From: Actinomycetes bacterium
GTDB lineage: Bacteria > Actinomycetota > CADDZG01 > JAHWKV01
NCBI GenBank assembly: GCA_029263035.1
Contig: JAJCYF010000238.1
Span: forward strand, 1 to 40,178
DNA: 40,178 nt
Direction of reading: 5' to 3'
Below the pieces are notes generated by a model. The model was not told where the DNA came from, ran no database searches, and saw only the letters and a program-made list of their open reading frames with translations. The position numbers and the translations under genes were made by a program. Below are positions 8,927 to 16,546 of this stretch, piece by piece (within the stretch, counting starts at the first letter, position 1; every line of letters starts with the position of its first letter).

Positions 8927-9322
8927 CTACGCCTTGTGGCGGTTGTACTCCTCATCGGAAACCTTGTCGGCCAGCCACTCGGTGGCACCGCCGGTGGTGA
9001 GAGACAGATGCATCATCGGGCTGTTGGGACGTGCCCCATGCCAGTGCCGTTCGCCGGGAGAGGCGTAGACGACGTCGCCGGCGGAGAACTCCACCGTTGT
9101 CCCGTCGTCTTTTTGCACCAGGCCGGCGCCGTTGACGACGTAGAGCACCTGACCATCCGGGTGGGTGTGCCAGTCGGTGCGGGCTCCGGGCTCGAACTGT
9201 ACCGCCAGGGCGTTCAGCCCCTTTTCGGTTGCGTGGCTCAGGGGGCCGAAGAACACCTTGCCGGTGAAGTGGTCGGCCGGTGCGGGCTCCCACGGAATGT
9301 CTTCAGCTTTGGTGTGTTTCAT
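8927..9322 (-). CDS. cupin domain protein
   Basis: Cupin motifs DWHTHPDGQVLYV and GDVVYASPGERHWHGA. The start was trimmed to ATG 9322 (MKHTKAEDI), preceded by AAAGGGGA. Confidence 0.85.
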   Translation of the reverse strand: MKHTKAEDIPWEPAPADHFTGKVFFGPLSHATEKGLNALAVQFEPGARTDWHTHPDGQVLYVVNGAGLVQKDDGTTVEFSAGDVVYASPGERHWHGARPNSPMMHLSLTTGGATEWLADKVSDEEYNRHKA

Positions 9323-9382
9323 TCGATCCCCTTTCGGCAGGGCCGGCATAGTCCGGCGTCCACCCTACCTCCGAGGGGGCAA

Positions 9383-11923
9383 TCAGGTGTTGTAGAGGCT
9401 GTGGTAGAACCCGGCAGCGACATCGGTGGCGGTGACTCCGATCGCTTTGACCGCCGCGTGGCTGTCCACCGGGGTGCCGTCCCCGAGCTGGCTCACGCCG
9501 TTCCACCCCCAGCTCCAGACCGTTCCATCGTCCGCCAGTGCCAGGTTATGCAGGGAGCTGCCCGCCGATATCCATGCGATCCCGCCGAGGTTGCCGGTGG
9601 AGGGAACCTTGGGGCACGCCGTATTCGTCCCGCACCGCACCGCACCCACCAACGGACGGTCGGGGTAGGAGAGGGTAGCTCCGGCCTGTTGCTGGCCGTT
9701 GTATCCCCAGGCGAAGACCGATCCATCGTCCTTCAGTGCCACCGAGTGGGTCCATCCGGCGGCAACCCGGTAGGCGTTGGTCAGGTAGCGGACCGCCGCG
9801 GGGCGGGTTTGAGTCGTCCGGGTGCCGTCCCCCAGTTGCCCCTGCCCGTTGTAGCCCCACGCTCTGGCGGTTCCGTCCCGCAGCACGGCCAGGCTGTGGT
9901 AGCTTCCGGCCGAGACTGCGGTTGCGTTCGTGAGGTTGAGCTTCACGGGAACCTTGCGGTCCACTGCGGTGCCGTCACCGAGCTGCGAAAGGGCGTTGAA
10001 GCCCCAGGCCCAGACGGTCCCATCACGTTTGAGCGCCAGGTTGTGGAACCAGCCGGCGGAGACCTCGACGATGTCGGTCAGGCCGGCCACTTTCACCGGT
10101 ACCAGCCGGTCGGTGAGTGTGCCGTCGCCCAGCTGCCCGATTCCGTTCCAACCCCAGGCCCAAACCGTTCCGTCCTTTTTGACCGCGACCGTGTGCAGGT
10201 ACCCGGCGGATACGCCTGCCACGCCGTTCAGTCCCACCGGCTGCACCTGGGCAGCACTATCGACGGCCGTCCCGTTGCCCAGCTGGCCCAGGGCATTCCA
10301 GCCCCAGGTCCGCACGGTGCCGTCGCTCATCACCGCTGCACTGTGGAACAGGCCGCCGGCAACCTGGACCGAGCCGGAGTTGAAGGAGACCGACGGGGTG
10401 GTCCTTATTGCCTCCAACGTGCTTCCCCCGAGCTGGCCGTAGGCGTTGTAGCCCATGCCTCCAACCGATCCGCCGGTTGGGGATGCGTCGGAGACCTTGA
10501 TGCTGTAGACGTTCGTATCGGCAGCCGGGTAGATCTCCGGCGTGTTGCGAACCTTGACGTAGTGAGCGCCGCCGGTACGGGTCCGGAACTCGACCACTGC
10601 CAGTCCGCCCGCCGGTGGGATGTTGGATGCAAGAACCTTCTTGCCGTTGCCAGCCACCACCTCGATGGCCGGAGTTATGGCCGGGGCCTTGCTGACGATC
10701 TCAACCCGGTAGCGTTGGTTGGCGGCGGTCTGAAAGTACATCCAGTCCTGATCCGCCGGACCACAGAAGGCTCGGGAGGCGGCTGTGCCCAGGGCCAGCG
10801 CTCTTGCTGCGCCGGAGCTCTCGTCGGGTTCCAGGGCCTGGTCCGGGCAGGTGGCTACCGGGGTGGATCCGCCGGCGTCGGATGCCAGGAACCGGTTGTT
10901 CGCGGTGTTCCACTTCGTTGCCAGGTAGCTCCCGGCCGGCGGGTTGGTGTGGAAGTAGTCGTCGTTGTTGCAGTCGAACCGGCTCCAGTCGCGGCTGGTG
11001 GTGGAGCAGGCAATCTGCATCGGCGGGTAGTTGGGCGAGTCGGAGTAGCACATCACGTCGTACTCGTCGGTGCAGTGGTTGCCTCCGCTTCCGTGGGGTG
11101 CGGAGTTTTGGACTCCGCCCATCGTATGCATGTGCTCGTGGGCGGCGATATCCCCGCTCCAGCACCCGGCGTCGATGCGGGCGTAATCGGGGCCCTGGTT
11201 GTTCCAGTTCTCCTGCCCGGGACGGTCGTCGGCCACCATGGTGCCCACGCCGCAGAGGACGTTGGCGTCCATGAAGATCATGTACTTGCGATCGGATCGT
11301 TCGAACCCGAGGTCCTGCAGCTGGTTGATCGTGTTATTGAGGTTGTCGTCGCCGGAGGCCGAAAGCGTGAGGTTGAGAACCGACGGGGTGCACGTGGAGT
11401 CATGTACAAAACGGATGCGGCGCAGGCCTCCGGTGTCCTGGGCGCTGGACCGGTAGATCTGATCGGCCTCCCAGGCCCACTGCAGGAAAGAGGCTTTGTA
11501 CGCGGCGTAGCGGTCGGCCTTGACGGCTGCCCGCACATAGATGACCTGGGTGCGAAATCCGGTGGTTCCGTCGCCGTCGCAGGCAAAGGTGGTGGCGCCG
11601 GGGGTGAGCTTGCTAGCTGCCGCGCCGGACTCGCCTGTGGGGGCGAGCACTACGGGCTTTACGTCCCGCTCGATGTCCTTGCCGGGGGGTGCGGGGTCCT
11701 CGCCGTGGCTGCACTGCGCGCTGGTCTCATGCACGATCTCGAGTCCCTGCTGCCGGCACAGGTCCTTGATCCGCTGCTTCTCGGCCGCTTTGGGGCTGAG
11801 GGCCAGCGTGGGCGCCGCCGGGAAGAGGGTGGCTCCGACCGTCACCACCATCGCAATCAGCAGGAGCCGGTGGATCCGGCGCCGTCGCGCCACGCTTGAA
11901 AATGGGGCGATGGGGCCGTACAT
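9383..11923 (-). CDS. secreted HExxH zinc-metalloprotease-like domain + PPC-like domain + 7 RCC1 repeats
   Basis: N-terminal signal ARRRRIHRLLLIAMVVTVGATLFPAAPTLALS. Zinc motif AAHEHMHTMGG with a downstream DVMCYSD. A pre-peptidase-C-terminal-like segment (PADQDWMYFQTAANQRYRVEI). Seven repeats with the RCC1 signature (YGQLG, LGQLGNGT, IGQLGDGT, LSQLGDGT, QGQLGDGT, GQQQAG, VSQLGDGT). The start was trimmed to ATG 11923 (GGAAAGG upstream). The track start 11968 is also possible. Confidence 0.85.
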   Translation of the reverse strand: MYGPIAPFSSVARRRRIHRLLLIAMVVTVGATLFPAAPTLALSPKAAEKQRIKDLCRQQGLEIVHETSAQCSHGEDPAPPGKDIERDVKPVVLAPTGESGAAASKLTPGATTFACDGDGTTGFRTQVIYVRAAVKADRYAAYKASFLQWAWEADQIYRSSAQDTGGLRRIRFVHDSTCTPSVLNLTLSASGDDNLNNTINQLQDLGFERSDRKYMIFMDANVLCGVGTMVADDRPGQENWNNQGPDYARIDAGCWSGDIAAHEHMHTMGGVQNSAPHGSGGNHCTDEYDVMCYSDSPNYPPMQIACSTTSRDWSRFDCNNDDYFHTNPPAGSYLATKWNTANNRFLASDAGGSTPVATCPDQALEPDESSGAARALALGTAASRAFCGPADQDWMYFQTAANQRYRVEIVSKAPAITPAIEVVAGNGKKVLASNIPPAGGLAVVEFRTRTGGAHYVKVRNTPEIYPAADTNVYSIKVSDASPTGGSVGGMGYNAYGQLGGSTLEAIRTTPSVSFNSGSVQVAGGLFHSAAVMSDGTVRTWGWNALGQLGNGTAVDSAAQVQPVGLNGVAGVSAGYLHTVAVKKDGTVWAWGWNGIGQLGDGTLTDRLVPVKVAGLTDIVEVSAGWFHNLALKRDGTVWAWGFNALSQLGDGTAVDRKVPVKLNLTNATAVSAGSYHSLAVLRDGTARAWGYNGQGQLGDGTRTTQTRPAAVRYLTNAYRVAAGWTHSVALKDDGSVFAWGYNGQQQAGATLSYPDRPLVGAVRCGTNTACPKVPSTGNLGGIAWISAGSSLHNLALADDGTVWSWGWNGVSQLGDGTPVDSHAAVKAIGVTATDVAAGFYHSLYNT

Positions 11924-12086
11924 GTTGGTTGCCTTTCCTGGGGCCGGGGACAGCGCATGTATCGGCATGCGGGCGTCGAACCTTAAACAGGTGCTGTGGA
12001 AATTAGATATTTCTCAGTTGTTTAGAGAGCTAACGAAGAACGGCCGGGCCTGCATGAGGTCGCCGGATAGGCAAGAATCAAGGGCG

Positions 12087-12593
12087 ATGAAGAACAAATC
12101 GGTCCTGTTGGTAGTCCTTCTGACCGTGCTCTGCGTGGTGGCCGCGTGCGGAGACGGCGGTTCCGGCAGCTCCGGAGAAGCCAGCCCGCCGGCCGGGGCC
12201 GGTGAGAGCCCCGGAGCCGGTTCGCCGGCGGCCGGACTCCTTGCCGAATCGGAGTGCCGCGAGTACGCCTCGGCTCTTGCCGGGTTCAACCCGGACCCCA
12301 CCAACCCCACCAGCGCGGCAAGCTTCACCGAGATTGCCGATTTCATGGAGCGGGTTGCCGACGATGTTCCCAACGAGATCTCGGACGATTTCCGCACCCT
12401 GGGTGCTGCGTACCGGGGCTTTGCCGAAGGCTCCGGAAACATTGACTTCACGAATCCGGCGGCGATGGCCGGCGTCACCCCCGAGCAGCTGCAGGAAATG
12501 GAGGCGGCGCTGAAGAATCTCGACACCGAAGAGGTCCGCACCGCAGCCGCCAACATCGAGAGCTTCATCAAGCAGAACTGCCCCCAGGGTTAG
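12087..12593 (+). CDS. putative lipoprotein (helical, unknown function)
   Basis: Only the last 168 codons of tracked ORF 11541..12593 are credible, because the upstream part is antisense to the protease gene. MKNKSVLLVVLLTVLCVVAAC is a lipobox signal. Then a Gly/Ser/Pro linker. Confidence 0.65.
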   Translation: MKNKSVLLVVLLTVLCVVAACGDGGSGSSGEASPPAGAGESPGAGSPAAGLLAESECREYASALAGFNPDPTNPTSAASFTEIADFMERVADDVPNEISDDFRTLGAAYRGFAEGSGNIDFTNPAAMAGVTPEQLQEMEAALKNLDTEEVRTAAANIESFIKQNCPQG

Positions 12594-12602
12594 GGTCTGG
12601 CA

Positions 12603-13262
12603 GTGGTAATTACGGGCAGGACCCCCAGATCGGCACGGTGGCTTGTGATGCTGCTCCTGCTGTTGCCGGCAGCGTGTGGCGGCGGCGAGACTCCCGATCC
12701 CGTGGAGACCGCGCCGACCCCAACCCTCACCGCCTCAACGTCACCTCCGCCCCCGGTCACCATTGACTGGTCGGCCCGTCCCACGGATCCCGTAGGGTTG
12801 GCCGACGGGTTCAGTGTGCAGGCGTGTCCCGGCGACGGCCCGTTTTTGTGCGTTGCCCGGTCCGCCGAGCCGGTGGGCTCCATCGAGTACCTCACCTTCC
12901 CCGGATCGGGCAGCGTTCTGCTGAATCTGGTGGAAGGCGACTACCGGGCCCTTGCTGAGGATCGTGAGCAGACCTGTCCCGGGTTCCGGGTGGAAACCGA
13001 GGAGCCGGTGATTGCCCCGGTTGGCGGGGCCACCGGCATGCGTTCTCAGGCCACTGTGATCGATGGGGACGGGGCAATAGTCGAGCGCTACGTGAAATTC
13101 TGGGCGGTGGACGATCGGGTCCACCTGCTGTCCGCCGAGGCACAGGAGCCGGGCAGCTGTTCGCCGGGCGACGGGGGCCAGTTTCGTGAGTCGGTGCTCA
13201 CCGAGTTCGTTCCCTCGTTCGCCGCGGTTGCCGAGGGGAGCCGCTTTCCCGCCGGCCGTTAG
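12603..13262 (+). CDS. putative secreted/lipoprotein, unknown function
   Basis: N-terminus RSARWLVMLLLLLPAACGGG is signal- and lipobox-like. Then a Thr/Pro linker. No recognisable domain. An alternative start is ATG 12648. Confidence 0.55.
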   Translation: MVITGRTPRSARWLVMLLLLLPAACGGGETPDPVETAPTPTLTASTSPPPPVTIDWSARPTDPVGLADGFSVQACPGDGPFLCVARSAEPVGSIEYLTFPGSGSVLLNLVEGDYRALAEDREQTCPGFRVETEEPVIAPVGGATGMRSQATVIDGDGAIVERYVKFWAVDDRVHLLSAEAQEPGSCSPGDGGQFRESVLTEFVPSFAAVAEGSRFPAGR

Positions 13263-14653
13263 TCTCCGGCCGGGGAGTGGGGTGTGATCCGGCAGGGCAT
13301 CGGCTGATCCGGCCGGAGCGTGATGCCGGTAAACAGCTTGACCGGGCCGGGCGGCGAGTCGAACTCGAACGCCCGGACCAGCACCGGAGTCATGACAATC
13401 GTCTCCAGCATCGAGAAGTACTGTCCTATGCAGGCCCTGGGGCCACCGCCGAACGGGAAGTAGGCGTAGCGGTGGCGAGCCTTCTCCTTCTCAGGCCGGA
13501 AACGCTCCGGGTCGAACGTCTCCGGGTCGTCCCAGAAGTCCGGGTGCCGGTGGGTGACCCAGGGGCTGACCGCCGCGACCGCCCCCACCGGCAGGGTGTA
13601 TCCGCCGATCTCGTCCTCACGGACGATCAGGCGGGGGATGGCGTAGACCGCAGGGTAGAGGCGCATCGCCTCCTGGATGGCCATGGTGGTGTAGGCGAGG
13701 GCCCTGGTGTCGGCCGTGTTGGGCAGCCGGTCGTCCAGCACCTGGGCCGCCTCCTCCCGGACCTTTTGCTGAATTTCGGGGTGCAGGCCGAGCAGGTGGA
13801 GAGTGAAGGTTAGGGAGGTGGCCGTGGTCTCGTGGCCGGCCAGCAGGAAGATCAGCGCCTGGTCCCGCACCTCCTCGTCGCTCAGCCCGGTTCCGCCTTC
13901 GGGGTCCTGGGCGGACAGCAGAAGGCTCAGCAGGTCGTCCCGGCCCCCGGGATCGGCCCGGCGGTCGGCGATGAGGCCGTCCACCACGTCGTAAACCTGC
14001 TGCGTTGCACGGTTGGTGTGAAGGTTTCCCGGAGTGGGCCAGTGGTGGGGGATGTGGACGGGCGCCAGGCTGCGGGTGAACGCCTTCTTGCTCAGGTAGG
14101 GGACGTTGTCCTTGAGCACCGGCACGATCTGGTCGACATCGGTGCCGAACAGGGCCCGGCACACCACCCGCAGGCTGAACCGGGTCATCTCGCTGTGAAG
14201 GTCCACGGTCCCGTCCTTCTGGCGCATCGAGTCCCAACGGCCGACCAGCTCGGCGCTTTCCTGCGCCATCCTGTCGACGTAGCCGTTTACCCGGCTGTGG
14301 GTGAACAGGGGCTGGATGAGACGCTTCTGCCGCCGCCAGACCTCACCTTCGCTGGTCAGCAGGCCGTTGCCGACCAGGGCCCGAATCTCGTTGTAGGCCG
14401 CGTCCTGCTTGGCGTAACGGTCGGCGTTGCCCGCCAGAACCTGCTGGATCCCGTCGGGGTGGGCAATGCCGTAGGCAATGATCCTCATCGGGCCGGGGGG
14501 ACCGGCGACATAGCGGACGACGTCGCCGTACGTTTTCCTGCCTTCGGTGGTGGTGCCCAGAAAGTCGCGCAGGAGGTCGAGCGCGGACCCGACTACCGGT
14601 AGTCCCCGGGGACCCGGTGCCGTAGTGGCTGCTTTGGGTGCCGAAATCGCCAT
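13259..14653 (-). CDS. cytochrome P450 monooxygenase
   Basis: Heme-ligand loop FPFGGGPRACIGQYF, I-helix LAGHETT, ExxR (EAMR) and PERF (DPERF). The start was trimmed to ATG 14653 (MAISAPK) with GGGAG 4 nt upstream. Confidence 0.92.
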   Translation of the reverse strand: MAISAPKAATTAPGPRGLPVVGSALDLLRDFLGTTTEGRKTYGDVVRYVAGPPGPMRIIAYGIAHPDGIQQVLAGNADRYAKQDAAYNEIRALVGNGLLTSEGEVWRRQKRLIQPLFTHSRVNGYVDRMAQESAELVGRWDSMRQKDGTVDLHSEMTRFSLRVVCRALFGTDVDQIVPVLKDNVPYLSKKAFTRSLAPVHIPHHWPTPGNLHTNRATQQVYDVVDGLIADRRADPGGRDDLLSLLLSAQDPEGGTGLSDEEVRDQALIFLLAGHETTATSLTFTLHLLGLHPEIQQKVREEAAQVLDDRLPNTADTRALAYTTMAIQEAMRLYPAVYAIPRLIVREDEIGGYTLPVGAVAAVSPWVTHRHPDFWDDPETFDPERFRPEKEKARHRYAYFPFGGGPRACIGQYFSMLETIVMTPVLVRAFEFDSPPGPVKLFTGITLRPDQPMPCRITPHSPAGD

Positions 14654-14691
14654 GAATCTCCCGAAATTCTGCTGAAGCAATAGTCGCACAC

Positions 14692-14730
14692 AAAAAAGGC
14701 CCGGCGTCCCAGTAGCCGGGCCTTTTGTTG
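14692..14730 (-). terminator. intrinsic terminator/attenuator hairpin between the small ORF and the P450 gene
   Basis: The minus strand reads CAACAAAA-GGCCCGGC-tactgggac-GCCGGGCC-TTTTTTG. That is a perfect 8-bp GC stem with a 9-nt loop and a T6 tract. It starts 17 nt after the small ORF stop and ends 38 nt before the P450 ATG. Confidence 0.7.
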
Positions 14731-14746
14731 TGCCGGAGCGCCGTTC

Positions 14747-14962
14747 TTAAGCGGCTTCCTCCAGCGAAGGGGCGGTGTAGAGGTCCCCCAGGAACTCCTC
14801 CATCTCTCCTACGGTAAATCCGGGGACCGCCGGCACCGGCATCTCATGCACAGGGGCAGGCTCGGACATATCGAACTCCGGCGCATCGGGGTCTTTGGGG
14901 GCGGTGTACAGGCCGCCAAGGGCGGTTTCAAGCTCTTCAGTGGTGATTCCAGGCGTTTGCAT
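14747..14962 (-). CDS. 71-aa acidic protein with an internal duplicated motif ...LG(G/D)LYTAP
   Basis: AGGAGG sits 5 nt upstream of ATG 14962. The codon third-position bias is similar to neighbouring genes. Residues 5-22 (GITTEELETALGGLYTAP) and 48-65 (GFTVGEMEEFLGDLYTAP) are a clear repeat, separated by a Pro-rich linker. I do not recognise the family. Confidence 0.6.
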   Translation of the reverse strand: MQTPGITTEELETALGGLYTAPKDPDAPEFDMSEPAPVHEMPVPAVPGFTVGEMEEFLGDLYTAPSLEEAA

Positions 14963-15016
14963 CTGAACCTCCTGTGGCGTTGACCTAGTCGGGCCGGCCG
15001 GCTCCGGGAAACTTGG

Positions 15017-15044
15017 GGAGGGATCCTTCCAGGAGGATCCCTCC
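15017..15044. repeat. perfect 10-bp inverted repeat (GGAGGGATCC-n8-GGATCCCTCC) in the leader of the small ORF
   Basis: Read directly from the sequence. The arms are exact reverse complements with an 8-nt loop, ttccagga. Confidence 0.8.
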
Positions 15045-15305
15045 GGTGCTGCTATGTGAAGGCCTTTGATGTGCTTCTGGTACCTACAGTAGGGACGGGA
15101 GGTTTCGTCGCAGTAACCGGGAGGCTAATTGGAGGTAACCGGCGTGCTAGGGCCAGATTTCCTCAGGCTTGCGCCTGACACATCTAATTACGATTTCCTG
15201 GGGAGGGATTGGCGTCCTACGCCGGAGGGCCGACTGTAACCAACCGGCCCGAATCGGCTGCGCGCTATCAAGGAGTTGCTTCGGTAGGATGGTTTGTCAC
15301 GCATT

Positions 15306-15378
15306 GCCCTCGTAGCTCAGTGGATAGAGCACAGGTTTCCTAAACCTGGTGTCGGACGTTCGATTCGTCTCGGGGGCG
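15306..15378 (+). tRNA. tRNA-Arg (anticodon CCT)
   Basis: Hand-folded cloverleaf. Acceptor GCCCTCG/CGGGGGC, D arm GCTC-AGTGGATA-GAGC, anticodon arm CAGGT-TTCCTAA-ACCTG, variable GTGTC, T arm GGACG-TTCGATT-CGTCT, discriminator G. CCA is not encoded. Confidence 0.9.
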
Positions 15379-15507
15379 CTGTTCGGTCTTGATTTTCAAA
15401 GTTGCGGCCCTTCCGAATCCCGTCACCCCGGCGGCGACGGGATCGTTCAAGACCGCCTCATCGGCATCAGCAGTGGTCGGGGGCTTGCTTCGTTTAGGCT
15501 TTGGGCT

Positions 15508-16074
15508 ATGGAGCGATCCCGGTTCTTGAAAACCCTTGTTGTGGCGCTCCTCCTGCTGGTGCCCTCGGCATGCACAAGCGAGGAACCCGTGGTCCTTCAG
15601 TCGCCGACCCCCACCGGTACAACCGGCCCGGCCACCCCCACGCCGGACGCCTCCACCACCCCGCTGCCCGCCGGCTCCATCGCCGCCGGAGTTCTTGATC
15701 TGGCCGACGGCCGCCACGCGGCGTACGTGACCGAGCTGAACCTCGCCGAGCGGAGAGGAACCATCGATGTGGTCCAGATCCTCTCCGGGCAGGAGGCGAT
15801 CGACGCCTTCAAGCGGGACAACCCCGGCGTGACCGCCCTTCCGACCGACTACTACATCGTCAACGCCAACAAGATGCTGCGGACCGGGACAATCTCGCCG
15901 GAGGTAACGGTGCGGCTGGTGAAGCTGGCCCAGGACTCCAACGCCGACCTGAACGATTCAACGCTGGACGAGATGGACGCCTACCTGAAAACTGTCGACC
16001 GGCTGGCGGTGCCCTTCTGGTTCACCGTGGCCGGCGGGCGCATCACCGCGATCGAGGAGCAGTACCTGCCCTAA
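15508..16074 (+). CDS. putative lipoprotein, unknown function
   Basis: Trimmed from tracked ORF 15349..16074, which would overlap the tRNA, to ATG 15508. MERSRFLKTLVVALLLLVPSAC is a signal/lipobox, followed by a Thr/Pro linker. Confidence 0.6.
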   Translation: MERSRFLKTLVVALLLLVPSACTSEEPVVLQSPTPTGTTGPATPTPDASTTPLPAGSIAAGVLDLADGRHAAYVTELNLAERRGTIDVVQILSGQEAIDAFKRDNPGVTALPTDYYIVNANKMLRTGTISPEVTVRLVKLAQDSNADLNDSTLDEMDAYLKTVDRLAVPFWFTVAGGRITAIEEQYLP

Positions 16075-16544
16075 TTGGCGAAAACGATCCAGGCGTTGAG
16101 GGCCGTAGCGAACAGGACCCACCCAAAGTAGGGCACGAACAGCATGCCTGCGATCGAGTCGGTCTTCCGCAGCTGCCACCAGGTTACGGCGACCGCCGCT
16201 ACCACCAGCAGCAGCACCACCAGGCCGGCCTCCGGCTGCTGGAGGCCGAAGAAGACCGGGGTCCAGGAGGCGTTCAGGGCGAGCTGCCCCCACCAACATC
16301 GAAGGGCAAGCGTGCGGCTTCGGGAAGGCTCCGCCAGCCAGGCCCGCCACCCGGCGTACCCGATCATCACGTAGAGAAAGGTCCAGACGGGGCCGAACAC
16401 CCAGGAAGGCGGGTTGAACGGCGCCTTCTCGAGGCTGTCGTACCAGGGGCCGGTCGTCGTGAACGGGATGCCGATCAGGCCGGCCGTCTGTGCGGCTCCG
16501 ATGAACAGAGCCGCCATGAGCCCGCTCCTGGTTCGATGTCCCAT
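16071..16544 (-). CDS. tspO: TspO/MBR family tryptophan-rich sensory protein
   Basis: Five-TM protein with family signatures WYDSLEKAPFNPPSWVFGPVWTFLY, WWGQLALNASWTPVFF and PYFGWVLFATALN. ATG 16544 lies 2 nt after the upstream stop. An alternative start is ATG 16517. Confidence 0.9.
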   Translation of the reverse strand: MGHRTRSGLMAALFIGAAQTAGLIGIPFTTTGPWYDSLEKAPFNPPSWVFGPVWTFLYVMIGYAGWRAWLAEPSRSRTLALRCWWGQLALNASWTPVFFGLQQPEAGLVVLLLVVAAVAVTWWQLRKTDSIAGMLFVPYFGWVLFATALNAWIVFAN

Positions 16545-16546
16545 CG

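Noticed and set aside
8936-11899. A 987-aa ORF on the + strand, the longest apart from mfd.
   Set aside because: It is exactly antisense to the cupin and metalloprotease-RCC1 genes. It has no motif, signal or SD, and its Gly/Val/Arg/Ala/Pro-rich composition is typical of shadow ORFs opposite GC-rich genes. The minus-strand genes have clear domain signatures.
11541-12086. The upstream 182 codons of tracked ORF 11541..12593 (+).
   Set aside because: This part is antisense to the protease N-terminus and the divergent promoter region. The lipoprotein signal begins at ATG 12087.
15144-15239. A 31-codon ORF (GTG start, GGAGG 7 nt upstream) on the + strand within the long intergenic leader.
   Set aside because: It has no conservation evidence and points toward the tRNA. 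The GGAGG is part of a repeated GGAGG/CCTCC-rich leader that is more simply explained as RNA structure.
15306-15507. tRNA-Arg as the attachment site of a genomic island covering the accessory region.
   Set aside because: No integrase, excisionase or transposase is in the window. I did not see a direct repeat of the tRNA 3' half elsewhere. This cannot be excluded without a full repeat search.
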